A stretch of DNA of 63,450 bases, filler included, from Octopus bimaculoides (lineage: Eukaryota), in assembly GCF_001194135.2 (NCBI RefSeq). It is 8 parts of 7 records of this genome, joined end to end, with 100 filler letters (N's around TTAATTAATTAA, not from the genome) between each part and the next. Parts side by side here need not be neighbours in the genome. Positions count along the whole stretch, not along the records: positions 48,723 to 58,776 come from NC_069000.1; positions 58,877 to 63,450 come from NC_068988.1; 6 more parts are not named here. One strand, given 5' to 3'. The position numbers and the translations under genes are program-made. The notes below the pieces were generated by a model. It saw only the letters and a program-made list of their open reading frames with translations, was not told the origin of the DNA and did not search any database. Shown in pieces: positions 51,242 to 63,272 of the stretch (positions within the stretch are counted from its first letter, which is position 1; the number at the start of each line of letters is the position of its first letter).

Positions 51242-52859
51242 AAATTGAGTCAAAAGTATAAATAGTAGGTACAATGGAGACAAGCACAGTTTGAACATGA
51301 AAAAATACACTTTTTGTTTCCTTTTCATTTTCCAAGGAAAATTATATATCATTTGAAAGTTATGGATGTGAACTTTCTTCTTATACAATTTTGAGTAAAA
51401 TCCTTCAGTTACATATCATGTCAGGGTCCCTCAAACACTCTGATATTTCCATGCATTTACAAAGTTTGTTCCATTTTTTTTATGACTGCTGAACAGTAGC
51501 CCTCATTCTAGTTCAATGTGTTTGAGTACCACAACTCAAGTTGTGTTAAAATCATACTGTCATGAAGAAGAAGCTTTTTGTTTTATTTTGACATAAAAAT
51601 TGATGGTGTAGGTCAGATAATTGTTACGAAATATAAAAGTTAAAATTTCATTGTTAATTTTCACTTAGATTTCAGGAAATGGACAAACTAATTACTAAGT
51701 AAACATATATTTATACAAAAAATGCATTAAATTGAGAATGTTGCTTTTCTCTCTCTTGCAGTTTTAACATGTGGAGGGCCATTAGATAAACCTAGTGGAT
51801 ATTCTTGTACATGCAAATTTAGTATTTTTTTGGAGAAATATTGGTCAAATTCCACCAATAAAGATTATATTGTGCAGTGAATATAATTTTGTAGACTATT
51901 AAAGCCAGATGTGATGTTTTTTTTTTCTGATTTTGAATAGTGTTAGTGTTTACATATTCATTTTGGGCTTTTTTCTCTCTTCTCTTTCGCTATTTACAAA
52001 TGTTAAAGCCTTTAATTTACATTTTTAATGCTTAAAACAAGGTATTAATTTTCACATTTCGTTTGTTTTGTAATCTAGATCTACATGCAATTCTAAGGAA
52101 GGTATCAGATGGTTGTGGGATGGGCTAGAAACAATAGTTAAATCTCCCTTAAATTACACATCTCTTTATTTAAAAATATTTCCAAAATTTTTTTCTTCTT
52201 TTTTTTATCAAAAAGGTTTCTCCGATCATTTTTAAGTGTGTGGTGCAAACAAAATTGTTGAAAATTGGTCTGGAAAATAAATAAATAAAGAGATAGAGAT
52301 AGAGAGAGATGGGCAGGGAGGGAGGGAGGAATTGTAAATTTTCCAAAATTTTTTCATTTCCAAGACTGTAATGCAAAAAAAAAAAAAATAAAAAAATAAT
52401 CACCATCTAAACAGAAAATCCAATTTAAGTGACATCCTGATCTGAAGTTTTGCCATTTATAGCCATTTTTAATAGTCTATTAAAATTTTATTGAAATGGT
52501 GTTATATCCCAAGATTTCAGGATTTATTTACCTCCTTACTTAGTATAAATGTGCCAAAACTCAAGCTGCTGTGGTTTGTAGTTTTTGATTTAGCTAGGTC
52601 TGAAAACACTGCAAAATTGACCGTTGTTGCATATAACANNNNNNNNNNAAGAAAATAGGCAATTACTATATCATGGTTACTATTAATTTATTTAATTTGA
52701 AGCTGATAATCACTTCAGTTTCAAAGATACGACATCACAAATATAGCTACTTGCCTAATTAGGCAAAATTTTGGCCAATTCATTGACCATTCAAATTGTC
52801 ATATTTCTTAGAATATTCAGCTGAATTTCACAAATGAGGTATCAATATGTTTCATTTTG

Positions 52860-53640
52860 GATGCTCTCCAAAAAAATTACATTTAAATATTTTCAAAAAT
52901 TCATCAAAATCTATCTCATCATATTCTATTGTTTGTACCATCATTGTACTAGAACCTCAATTCTACACATACCATTTGGCTCATTTAGAAGCAAAAAAAA
53001 AACCAAAACAAAAACCTCTCTGCACCCGTTTTCAACCTCATCCTCACTGTTGAACCTCCATCTGTGCAGGAATTGAGCCATGGCTTGGAAAAGGTGTTAA
53101 TCTGGTGGTGCAAGGTCTGAACTGTAGGCAGGGTGAGGAGGCAATACTTCCACCACCCTCAAGTTCACTCTTGGTCATAGTGGCAGTGTGTGCTGGGGCA
53201 CCAAACACACAACGTGACCTTCTGTTCAAATCACCCTTGTTTGGCAAAGGTTCTGAAGCCTGGCCAGAATGAAGCCATTGGTTTCTCTTATTGGGATTAC
53301 AAAAATACATCCATTTTTCATCCCGTTATAATTCAGTCCAAAAGTGGGAATCTTAAGGATTTGCTAGCAGTTGTTTGCAAGTGTTCATATATAGTTGAGC
53401 CTGGTCATTGGTCAGTTCATGAGGAGTTTCTTGACAGCATCTGTTCACAAGGCCAAGCTTATGGAGGTCATGATCAATGGTGCTTTGTGAAGGAACAAGT
53501 TCTACTGACAATGCACAAGTGTTTGTGCTTAGCTATTGTTCAACCTTTTCAAGCAAGGCTTTATTTACCACAGACAAGTGAAATCGAAATCGAACTAAAT
53601 TTGATGACTTGCACCCATGCCAACGTCTCTTTCATTGAAC
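52860..53640 (-). mobile_element. Internally deleted mariner transposase relic
   Basis: PHELT, DEKWMYF, APAHTA, PHPAYSSDLAPPD*HLF, RFNSEDEVE. The region around the second catalytic Asp is deleted. Confidence 0.85.
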
Positions 53641-53649
53641 ACTAAACTC

Positions 53650-53833
53650 AGCTTGCAAAGACCTGTTGGGGCACTACACTCTCGGAATGGTTGGCGTTAG
53701 GAAGGGCATCAAGCTGTAGAAACTCTGCCAAATCAGATTGGAGACTGGTGTAGCCATCTAGTTCACCAGTCCTCAGTCAAATCGTCCAACCCATGCTAGC
53801 ATGGAAAGCGGACGTTAAACGATGATGATGATG
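53650..53833 (+). mobile_element. RTE-tail type SINE or LINE 3' end with (GAT)n tail
   Basis: gttggcgttaggaagggcatc...catgctagcatggaaagcggacgttaaacgatgatgatg. Related inverted copies at 60190-60330 and 62470-62920. Confidence 0.75.
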
Positions 53834-53844
53834 AACAGAATACT

Positions 53845-54400
53845 GACAGAACTTTCCTGAACTTAGTAAGCAAATATTTTCCTAGTAGTCACAAGTTTCA
53901 TAAGATCATAAATGAAAGTTAGTTACAGCTGCATAGACGATTTTGCCTCTTCTTTAGCTAGAATTAAGAGAAAAAAACTAAATCTACCCTCTACTAATGA
54001 ACCCTTACTTCAATGCAACTGTCTTAAAAACAGTGCATGCCCTCTTTACAGTAAATACATTCAAAAATCAATGTTTATTGCCCTGAAGTTTCAACCACTA
54101 ATAGTGACAGCAATAATACAAAATACTATATAGAACACTTTCAAATTGAAGTATATTCAACATACAAATACCTTCAGACATGAGGACAAATAATCTGCAA
54201 CAACTTTCTCAAAATATATTTGGAGTTTAAGAAACAAAGAAGCTAACTATAGCATTAATTGGAATCAGCTCAAGTAGGTTCCATCAGTAGCAAGTGCCAA
54301 CTCTGCTTAGCAGAAAAATTTAACACCTTTACTCTACCACTCAAACTATTAAACTCCAAGTGGAAGTTGATTTCCTCATGTCCCCACCAAAGGAAACCCC
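53845..54400 (+). mobile_element. Penelope-like element relic (GIY-YIG endonuclease region)
   Basis: KYFPSSHKFHKII, MKVSYSC, CNCLKNSACPL, HTNTFRHE, TTFSKYIWSLRNK, KCQLCLAEK, LLNSK: the motif order of PLE C-termini. Confidence 0.8.
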
Positions 54401-54589
54401 TTCTAAAATTCTTCAAGCTACCAACAGGTTAACAATCTAATATTCCTTCAACTATCCCTGGAATGTTCATGTCAACCCATTGCCTCACTAATAAACCATC
54501 ATCTGTACCAGTATAATATATCTTTTTTATTAGTATCCACATATACAAGATCTGACCTTTGTTATAGTTGTTATATGCCATGATACCTC

Positions 54590-55345
54590 GTATCTTCAAC
54601 AGGTGAAACCCACTTTCTCTTTCTCACAACATAGTTTGGACATCATGGCTTATTTCTATACCAGAGAACATTCCAATATCCCATTTGTCAATAAGAGACA
54701 ATTCAACAATTCAGTTATATATTATTTTACTTAACTCCCCTGATTTATCTACTTTAGATTCATTCCATGTAATTCAGTCTACTAGCTTCACATATCAAAT
54801 TTCTGCATCTTTTTCTGATTTCTACACCCCTTATTTCATATTTTTTTTTATAAGTGTGTATATACATGTACGTGTGTGTGTATATATGTGTGTATGTATG
54901 CATGTATATGCATGTACACATGTATATTTTATATACATACATATATGCGTGTGTGTGTGTATGTGTATGCACAAGCTCTACAATCTATAAAGTATTTTAT
55001 TTGCATACACTTGTTATATCTCATGCTACCGCACATCTTCCAGAGTTTGAAATCCACTTTCTCCTTTTCACAATGCAGTTTGGACAACATTTTTGAATGT
55101 CAATGCATCTACAATCCACTGCTGTATGAGACGTTTGCACACCACTCACTCCTGAACTTTGCATCATGGCTTTTACATACTTCGATACCAGAGAACAGTC
55201 AACATCCCATCTGACAATAAGAGATATTTTACTGTTGTTTCTTATTTTACTTAACTCCCCTAATTTATCAATTGCAGGTCCATTTCATATAATTCACCCA
55301 CTCCCTTCACATACAGAAATTCTTATTTCTACATCCCTTATTCCA
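54590..55345. repeat. Diverged direct duplication
   Basis: 54590-54850 and 55030-55345 share ccactttctc, gtttggaca, catcatggctt, ataccagagaaca, caataagaga and ttattttacttaactcccc in the same order. Confidence 0.75.
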
Positions 55346-56068
55346 TATCCTTTTATAGGTGTGTATATATTCATGTACGTATGTGTGTATATGCACATAT
55401 GAGTGTATGTATATATATATATCTGTAAATGCATGAGTATGTGTATATATGTATGTTTATATGTATATGCACATATGTGTATATGCACATATATATGCAT
55501 AAACTTTACACCCATTTCCTTATTTATTTATTTGATCCACATTTATACATGTCTATTAAATATTTCATTCTATGTTATTTACATAAATATACACATATCT
55601 ATGTATGTGTATGTATGTAGATATACTTATACGTGTGTGTGTGTATATACATATCTATGTTTGTGTATGTGTGTGTTTATATGTATGTATAGATGTATAT
55701 TCAGGTATGTGTGTGTGCATGTACATGTATATATGGGCATATGTATTTATAGGTATTCATCATATATATGAGTGTGTGTGAGTGAGTATAGATATATATG
55801 TATGTGTGTATGCATGTATGTATACATATATTAACGCAATGTGGCACATTTCAACTCGTAAACAAGTCCTTCACTGTTTTGTCATGGAGGAAAATTTCTC
55901 GCTGTAGACAAATGGTGTAAATATACCTAAATTAAATCAGTTTCCAGCACCACCTATCTAGACTGTGAAGTACAAGCATTTCAGAGTGATTATCTCCTTT
56001 AAGAATCAATGCTTGGACACACACATATATACATTCACATGTGTATGTATATATATATATATATATAC

Positions 56069-56162
<94 letters not shown>

Positions 56163-56814
56163 GAGTGTGCACGTGTATATGTGTCTGAGCATTGAATCTT
56201 AAAGGTCAGCTAAGGTTAATTGCATGTGTAACCAACTATGAAGAGCAAATCAGCAGTACAAAGAAATAAAATACCAATCTCCTTAAAATGGCAACTACTT
56301 TAACAGTGCTAGAATCACCATCCCACTACACCTACACATTCAAAACAGTTTGCCAACAACACACACTGATAATCTCAGTGACCACTACTAAATTCAGGCC
56401 ATGACAGACAGAGAGGATGTTCTTGAAGCCAAGGACCATAAACTTATGGAGACAATATTTATATATCACCTGAGGAAACACAACTAGATCTCATAATGCA
56501 GGGAAACAGTTACATAATCAAGTACCTATACATTTGGAGAACTATGTTGCGTGGAAACAATTGTAGAGATTAAAAAATTAATGTCCAACCATACCCCTTC
56601 TTGTTCATTCCAATTTTTTCAATTATATATATAAAACTGAATGATTTGTACATACAAAAATGCACACTTAAATGCTCAAGTAGAATCAATTCCATTGTGG
56701 CAACAAGATTATTTGATTCAATATTCAAAGCATAACTTCCAAGAGACTACACATTTAATGTACTTTTTAATATATCAGATGCACACAAACATGAACGGAC
56801 ATACACACACATAT

Positions 56815-57060
56815 GGGTATGGTCAAGAAGCTTGCTTCTAAACTATGTGGTCTTGAGCTCAGTCCTATTGTGTAGCACTTTGGGTAAGTCTCTTCTATTG
56901 TAGCCCTGGGCTAACCAAAGCCCTGTGATTGGATTTCGTAGAAGTAAATGGAAATCTGTTGTGTGTATACATACATATATGTATGTATGCATGTGTGTAT
57001 GTGTGTGTGTGTGTTTGTGTATGCCCTTGTCTAGACATCACATGATGGTTGTAAATGAGC
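56815..57060 (+). mobile_element. SINE family A, CpG-decayed
   Basis: Recognisable head and internal microsatellite. Positions that are CpG in other copies read mostly TG/CA. Confidence 0.7.
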
Positions 57061-57392
57061 ATCATCGTTATACAAGTGAAGTTGTTTGCTTCCAGTCTTC
57101 CATGAAAAATTTGTCTGAGCATGGGGAAATATTACTCTACTTGGAAACAGTTGAGGGTTGCCAACAAGAGGGGTAATTCTACCTTAGAAAATCTGCCTCC
57201 AGAAATTCCATTTGATCCATACAAGCATAGACAAATGGACATTAAATGATGGAGAATGATGACGGTACATGTACAAAAATTTTTAAAATCATAAGTTAAT
57301 CTGTAATAGGGATAGAGAACAAGTTTATGAGGAGATGGTCCTGACTACTTTTTGTACACTGAGAAGTCAACAGATAAAAAAAATACTCTCAC

Positions 57393-57467
57393 CTGAATAT
57401 GTTTCATATAAGCCTGTACCACTCTTAAGGAATAATAGTCAATCAACTCCAACACCAGTTCAATGCC
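57393..57467 (-). CDS. OPLAH: 5-oxoprolinase (ATP-hydrolysing) internal exon
   Basis: 75 nt, GIELVLELIDYYSLRVVQAYMKHIQ, matching from memory the OPLAH/hydantoinase-B segment [25 protein letters not shown]. Acceptor ttgcattgcag|GGC, donor CAG|gtgag, phase 0-0. Absent from the ORF track because it is short and lacks a start codon. Confidence 0.88.
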
Positions 57468-58876
57468 CTGCAATGCAATACAACACAACATAACATAATA
57501 AAATTAATCAAAAAGTGGATTTGTGAGTGTGAGTTTGATAATGAAGAGAGACTAGAATTTTATTTACAGTATGAGGGAAGAAAAGTGGTGGAAATGCAGA
57601 AAGAAGGAGAATGAGCAAAATGAGAGAATGAGAAAGATGCAAAAAGGAAGACATGTTTCTTTCTCTAAAATGTTTCTTGCTGAATCTGGCCAACAGATTT
57701 CAGTTATATCAATCTCACAAATCTGGGAGAGGCCTGAAAAGCTAGGGGCATTCCCTTACCTCTTCTGATTAACATATAAAAATTATTAAAAAGCACTTTT
57801 TGTCAAAAGTTCATTGGGTTAACTTTTGCTTTGATATTGCAACATTTCAGCATTCCTACAAGAATCACGAAAAAACAATGTGTGGAATTTGATTGATGGA
57901 GACTGTGGATATCCATTTTATATATGATGGATCCACTGTTGATTCTAATTATTCAAGTGGTAGGTCTGACTTCAGCTCTTTTGTTAATAATACATCTTGG
58001 TCTGACATAAATATTACTACTGATTCAATGTCTTCACTTAAAAATAATTTTACTAATAATACAATTAATAATATACTAGTTAATAAACATAATAGTATAT
58101 GTAAGTGAAACAACCAATATAAGTGCCCATTTAGTAACCAGCACCTCAGAGCAAACTTAGCATATAAATGTTCCATTCAAACACCTGATAAAATATACTA
58201 TTATATTAGTACAACAGTGTCAAAATTCAAATCCAGAAGGAATAATCACATAACAAACACAAATTACATAATACATCATTAGCAAAATTCATTTGGACAC
58301 TTAAGAACAGCAATATTAATTACTCTATTATGTGGTTGATTATACATACCAGACTTCCTTATAAAGTTTTACTTTGTGTTGCATGGAGGCACTAGAAATC
58401 TAAAGTGTATGTCTGGAACTAAATAAACAAAAATTATTGATCCATTGTTCACACCGATCTTTTAAAAATTTAACTAACTTATTTCATATAAAATTAGATA
58501 TAGAAGCTTATTGATTATGTTTTAGTTCTCTGTATTACTATAAACCTTCACTAATTTGTCTCTGTGCCTATAGTCTTGAAACTCCATTTGACCAATTTCT
58601 AAAGTATTAGCTACTTCCTATAGTATCAACCATCTGATCTTTATTCTTCTTGTCCCTAAGTATCTTAATGATATATGTTTACCCAACGATGATAAATAAT
58701 ATGATATATATGTGTGTGTTTGTGTGTGTACATACACACTCATTATATATATATATACATATATATATACATATATNNNNNNNNNNNNNNNNNNNNNNNN
58801 NNNNNNNNNNNNNNNNNNNNTTAATTAATTAANNNNNNNNNNNNNNNNNNNNNNNNNNNNNNNNNNNNNNNNNNNN

Positions 58877-59130
58877 CGTCAAATGTAAATAATGTAACTA
58901 ATGTCCATAAAGAAGAAAGAGTGAATAGATACGTCAAATGTAAATAATGTAACTAATGTCCATAAAGAAGAAAGAGTGAATAGATACGTCAACTGTAAAT
59001 AATGTAACTAATGTCCATAAAGAAGAAAGAGTGAAAAGTATCCGTCAAATGTAAATAATGTAACTAATGTCCATAAAGAAGAAAGAGTGAATAGATACGT
59101 CAAATGTAAATAATGTAACTAATGTCCATA
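58877..59130. repeat. 55-bp tandem repeat, about 4.6 copies
   Basis: Unit CGTCAAATGTAAATAATGTAACTAATGTCCATAAAGAAGAAAGAGTGAATAGATA starting at 58877, 58932, 58987, 59043, 59098. Confidence 0.95.
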
Positions 59131-59673
59131 ATTCCTCGTCTCTTAAATATAGAATTGTATTTAGAGTTTAAACTATTCCATACTCAAAATATTTTATAAA
59201 TTATTTCAATATCCAATTTCAGTGTAACAGCAAAGTTCTGAAGATGTAAAAATAGAAATAGTTACGACATGTAAGAGGCCAAAATTTGAGTAGCTTTAAT
59301 CCTTCACTGATATATTTGTCTAACCCATACTAGCATGGAAAAAACAGACGTAAAAAAACCAACTGAAATCAAATTTATGTAATGCTTATAAATGCTTTTA
59401 ATACTAAGCAGCAGCAGCAGCTATTGTACGTCGGTGCCCACGCGATGATTTACTTGCAGTTACAGCTATAAAAATTAGCTGTAAAAACATGTCTTAAACC
59501 TTCAGATACTGAATCGAAAAAACTACAAGGCTGGTAAAAAATAGCAACAGCAAATATGAGCAGATCACAAACAGATTAACAGAACCACAACTTCTTCACT
59601 TTGCCAGATCTCAGTCAATAAAGTATGAATTAGTGGAAAAAAAATGAAATAAAAGAACAGCTGGTATACTTAC

Positions 59674-59818
59674 AGTACAGCTAATGGTAGATTATTGACC
59701 ATACTGAAGAATAAAATGAAAAGACCTGGTCCAAGGAGTCCAACGCTGGTCATAAGACGTCTTACAGAAAGAACGGTCCATTTGTTCGCTACAAGGGAGT
59801 CAGCAAAATGACCTGCAA
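59674..59818 (-). CDS. SLC17 / anion:cation symporter (MFS) transporter, next exon
   Basis: 145 nt, (V)AGHFADSLVANKWTVLSVRRLMTSVGLLGPGLFILFFSMVNNLPLAV(L), carrying the G..AD.L......VR.LM motif. Acceptor gggttgcag|TT is phase-compatible with the upstream exon; donor CT|gtaag (phase 2). Confidence 0.9.
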
Positions 59819-60728
59819 CTGCAACCCAAAAAGAAATTATTTTAAACAATGGTCCTAATGAATTTTTCATAGAATATTCTTTAAATCTATTGTTACCTCC
59901 AATAAACAATACAACTGCCCTACATATCTTCAAAGTTCTTTGAAGCGGCTGACATGTTTGTTTGGATTGATTTGCTTGTTTCAAATCAATTTTTGAAAAC
60001 AGCTGCCTTCTTTCACAACATTTGAAAGTTTGTTTATGCTTTATGTTTCATTGGTGAGTCACTGTTGGCAAACATCTGGGGCAAAATTAATCCCCCAAAG
60101 CCCACTTTATATCTCCACTGTAGCAATTTTGCTTAACTCTGTCACTGCCTTTTCAGAAAAGCAAGCAGAAAAGCACTACTCTGAGTAACTCATTTGTCAG
60201 CGTTTTAACATCCACTTTTCCATGCTTGCATGGATTGGACAAACATTACAGAGGGGGATTTTCTACAACCAGATACCTTTCTTGTCACCAACCCCTGACT
60301 GTTTCCAAGTAAGGTGAGTGATAAATTAGTTGGTTGGCTGATCAATTGATTGATTCGTCATCAATTAACATCCGTTTTCCATGGGTTGGACTCATAACAG
60401 CATAAAAGACAGAGCAAAGAAACAAACATGATAGACAGGTGACCAAGAACCAAAGACAACTCTGTGACTATGATACCGTAAGAGATTCTTCCTTGTATTA
60501 TCTCCTTCCATGCACACCTAAGATTCCATCATTTTTTCACTAAGTCACCAAAAACTAACCCTAACAATTCTTTAAACAAATATAATTCTTCTGACAACAT
60601 ACATTTCCTTTTGCTAGATCTGCTGTTTGTATTACAATACAAACAGCAAAAGGTAACCATTTCCTCCAAAAGAAATTAACAAAACAACAGAGAACTTTAT
60701 TTACTGAGAATCAGGGTTCTCTACTTAC

Positions 60729-60933
60729 CAACACCGAGCAAAGAGTTCATGATATAAGGCACTGCAGTTAACATAATGTGGTGTGCATCAGCACCAAGGT
60801 GTCGGGTCAGGTAAGTGGGTAGCCACTGCATAATAATATAATTAGACCAGTTCATACTAAAGTGGGCCAAATACATAGACCAGAGCGGCCAGTGACACAG
60901 GAATTCAGACCACCGGACATTGGTACTATTTAC
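60729..60933 (-). CDS. SLC17 / anion:cation symporter (MFS) transporter exon
   Basis: 205 nt, VNSTNVRWSEFLCHWPLWSMYLAHFSMNWSNYIIMQWLPTYLTRHLGADAHHIMLTAVPYIMNSLLGV, carrying the W..Y...WLPTYL motif of SLC17 TM7. Acceptor tcttcaacag|GTA, donor G|gtaag (phase 1). Confidence 0.9.
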
Positions 60934-60964
60934 CTGTTGAAGATACAAAACAAAAAAAATATTT

Positions 60965-61210
60965 AGTATTGGTTTCAAATTTTGGCACAAGGCCAGCAAT
61001 TTCGTGGGAGGGGATAAGTCAATTGCATTAGCCCCAGGGCTCAATGGGCATTTATTTATTATTGGCTCTGAAAGAATGAAAAATAAAGTCAACCCTGGCA
61101 GCATTTGAACTCTGAACATAAAGTTGAGAGAAATGCTGCAAAGTATTTTGTCCAGCACAGTAATTAGAATCTCTGCCAGCAGACAGCCTGGCAGAGTCGT
61201 TACCATAATT
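60965..61210 (-). mobile_element. SINE family C, CpG-decayed
   Basis: tcaaattttggcacaaggccagcaattt...gaaagaatgaaaaataaagtcaaccctggcagcatttgaactctgaac. Confidence 0.75.
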
Positions 61211-62064
61211 CAACATTGAATGAATATTTAACATTAATTTGACATCAAATTTCAAATGTTAGTATTTACATTTACATAATTTAATATTACTATTTAAATG
61301 AAATAGAAAGACAAGACTATGGTAATTCACAGATATTTGCTTTGATACACATCACAGATGATCAAACTAATTTTGCATTGCGATTGGCAGGCAGAAACTG
61401 AAGAAGCCGATCCCGTACGTACGTGCATAAATGAAATCATTCAACCAGAGTAGTTGAAGCATATGTGTTTGTACACATCAACATAAATCATACATGTACA
61501 GGCATAAAGATTCTCCAAGGGAGTAAAGAATATAAAAGCAAACATACAGAAGATATATAAAAATATATAAAAAACATAAAATTACATATAAATAAAAATT
61601 ACATGAAAGGAGTTAGGCGTGGTAAATATGGAAGGTACAAGACGAACGAAAGGTTGATAAATAAAGGAATAAAAATGGCAATTTTAAAATGGCAAACCAC
61701 CTAAATTGTCTAAAATTCACATATACATATAAATTATAAGATAGAAATTACGAGTTAGAAAACGTTTGAGGTTTCATTGACTAAAATTTGCATTTTCAAT
61801 TTTCTCTACCCTATATTTTTTTGCATTTTTCACATCAGCACTCCATAAACAGCCAATATAGTAAAAAATATATTTAATATTACATATATATATATATATA
61901 TATATATATACATGCTAGTATCAAACAATGAGAATGAATGCTCAATCCCGTATTGGCAGAAAAATATTCTTTGTGGTTGAACAAGGCTACCAATAGTTTC
62001 ATGTGAAGATCTCTTCACATGAAACCGTTGGTAGCCTTGTTCAACCACAAATGAAGTATAAATA

Positions 62065-62434
62065 ACTTTTATGTTTTACTTGCTTCAGTCATCAGACTGC
62101 AACCATGCTGGGGCACCACCTTCAAGAACTTTTAGTCGAATGAATTGACCCCAGGACTTAGCTTTTTTTAAAGTCTAGTACTTGTTCTATCAGTCTCTTT
62201 TTTCAAACAGCGAAGTCATGGGGACGTAAATACATCAACACCAGTTGTGAAGCAGTGGTAGGGAACACACACACACACATATATGATGGGCTTCTTTTAG
62301 TTTCAGTCTACCAAATGCACTCACAAGGCTTTGGTTGGCCCAAGGCCATAGAAGAAGGCACCTGTCCAAAGTGGGACTAAACTGAACCTGGGACCATGCG
62401 GTTGAGAAACAAGCTTCTTACCACACAGCCATGC

Positions 62435-62440
<6 letters not shown>
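62065..62440 (-). mobile_element. SINE family A, CpG-decayed
   Basis: Full-length colinear match to 16440-16845 with loss of most CpGs. Confidence 0.8.
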
Positions 62441-62468
<28 letters not shown>

Positions 62469-62469
62469 G

Positions 62470-62920
62470 TCATCATCATCATCATCATTTAGTGTCTCTT
62501 TTCCATGCTGGCATGGGTTGGATGATTTGACCAGGGCTGGCCAGCTGGAGGGCTGCACCAGACCCCATATATATGTGTGCATGTGCATGTGTGTGTGTGT
62601 ATGATCATCTTCATCATTTAACATCCATCTTGCATGCATGCATGCATGCATGGGTAGGACGGTTGACAGGAGCCAACGAAGTAGAAAATTTACCTGAAGC
62701 TACTGTGTCTGTTTTGGCAGGCATTTCACAGTTGGATGCTCTTCCTAACACCAACCACTCCGCAGAGTGGACTCAATGCTTTTTACAAGGTATTAGCACA
62801 GGTGAAGTTAGTTTTGGCAAGATTTTTACAGCTGGATGCTCTTCCAGATGCCAACCACTTTACAGTGTGGACTGGATGCTCTTAACATGATACCAACACT
62901 AGCAAGGTAACCAAGTAATT
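62470..62920 (-). mobile_element. Degenerate copies of the RTE-tail type repeat
   Basis: catcatcatcattt...ttccatgctggcatgggttgga and ggatgctcttcctaacaccaacc segments. Confidence 0.65.
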
Positions 62921-63237
62921 CACAAGACAAGGGATTATGAGAGGGACAGGGCATTTGAGGAGGGGGAACTTGTGTGAGAGGAAGAAAGGTTAGAGTGTGT
63001 CAATGAGTCAAAGAGACAGAAGCAGGTGTCACAACAGGGAGGGGGCATTAGAGGAGGTGATCCCGTATCAAATGATGAAATGTTAGAGTGTAACAGAGAA
63101 ACAGAAAGAGACAGAAATAGGTGTCTTGCTATGGAAGAGGGACATAAATATAGTTCCATAGATATACACTTGACAAACTATTATTAAGGAAACATTTACA
63201 CATTAATGCATAAAAGCGATTTAGAGAGGGGGGGATG

Positions 63238-63272
<35 letters not shown>

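Noticed and set aside
51675-51880. Plus-strand ttgcag|..LTCGGPLDKPSG, reminiscent of a CUB-domain start
   Set aside because: Similarity stops after about 10 residues and the frame closes shortly after.
57755-57856. Minus-strand segment ending AATCAGAAGAG|gtaag, resembling the OPLAH NQK exon end
   Set aside because: Wrong phase by 2 nt, stops in all three frames upstream, and no DLRAQVAA similarity.
58160-58399. Possible small minus-strand exons 58399-58350 (ISSASMQHKVKLYKEV) and from 58185 (CLNGTFIC*)
   Set aside because: Splice signals are plausible, but the peptide matches neither SLC17, OPLAH nor crystallin, and such signals are common by chance.
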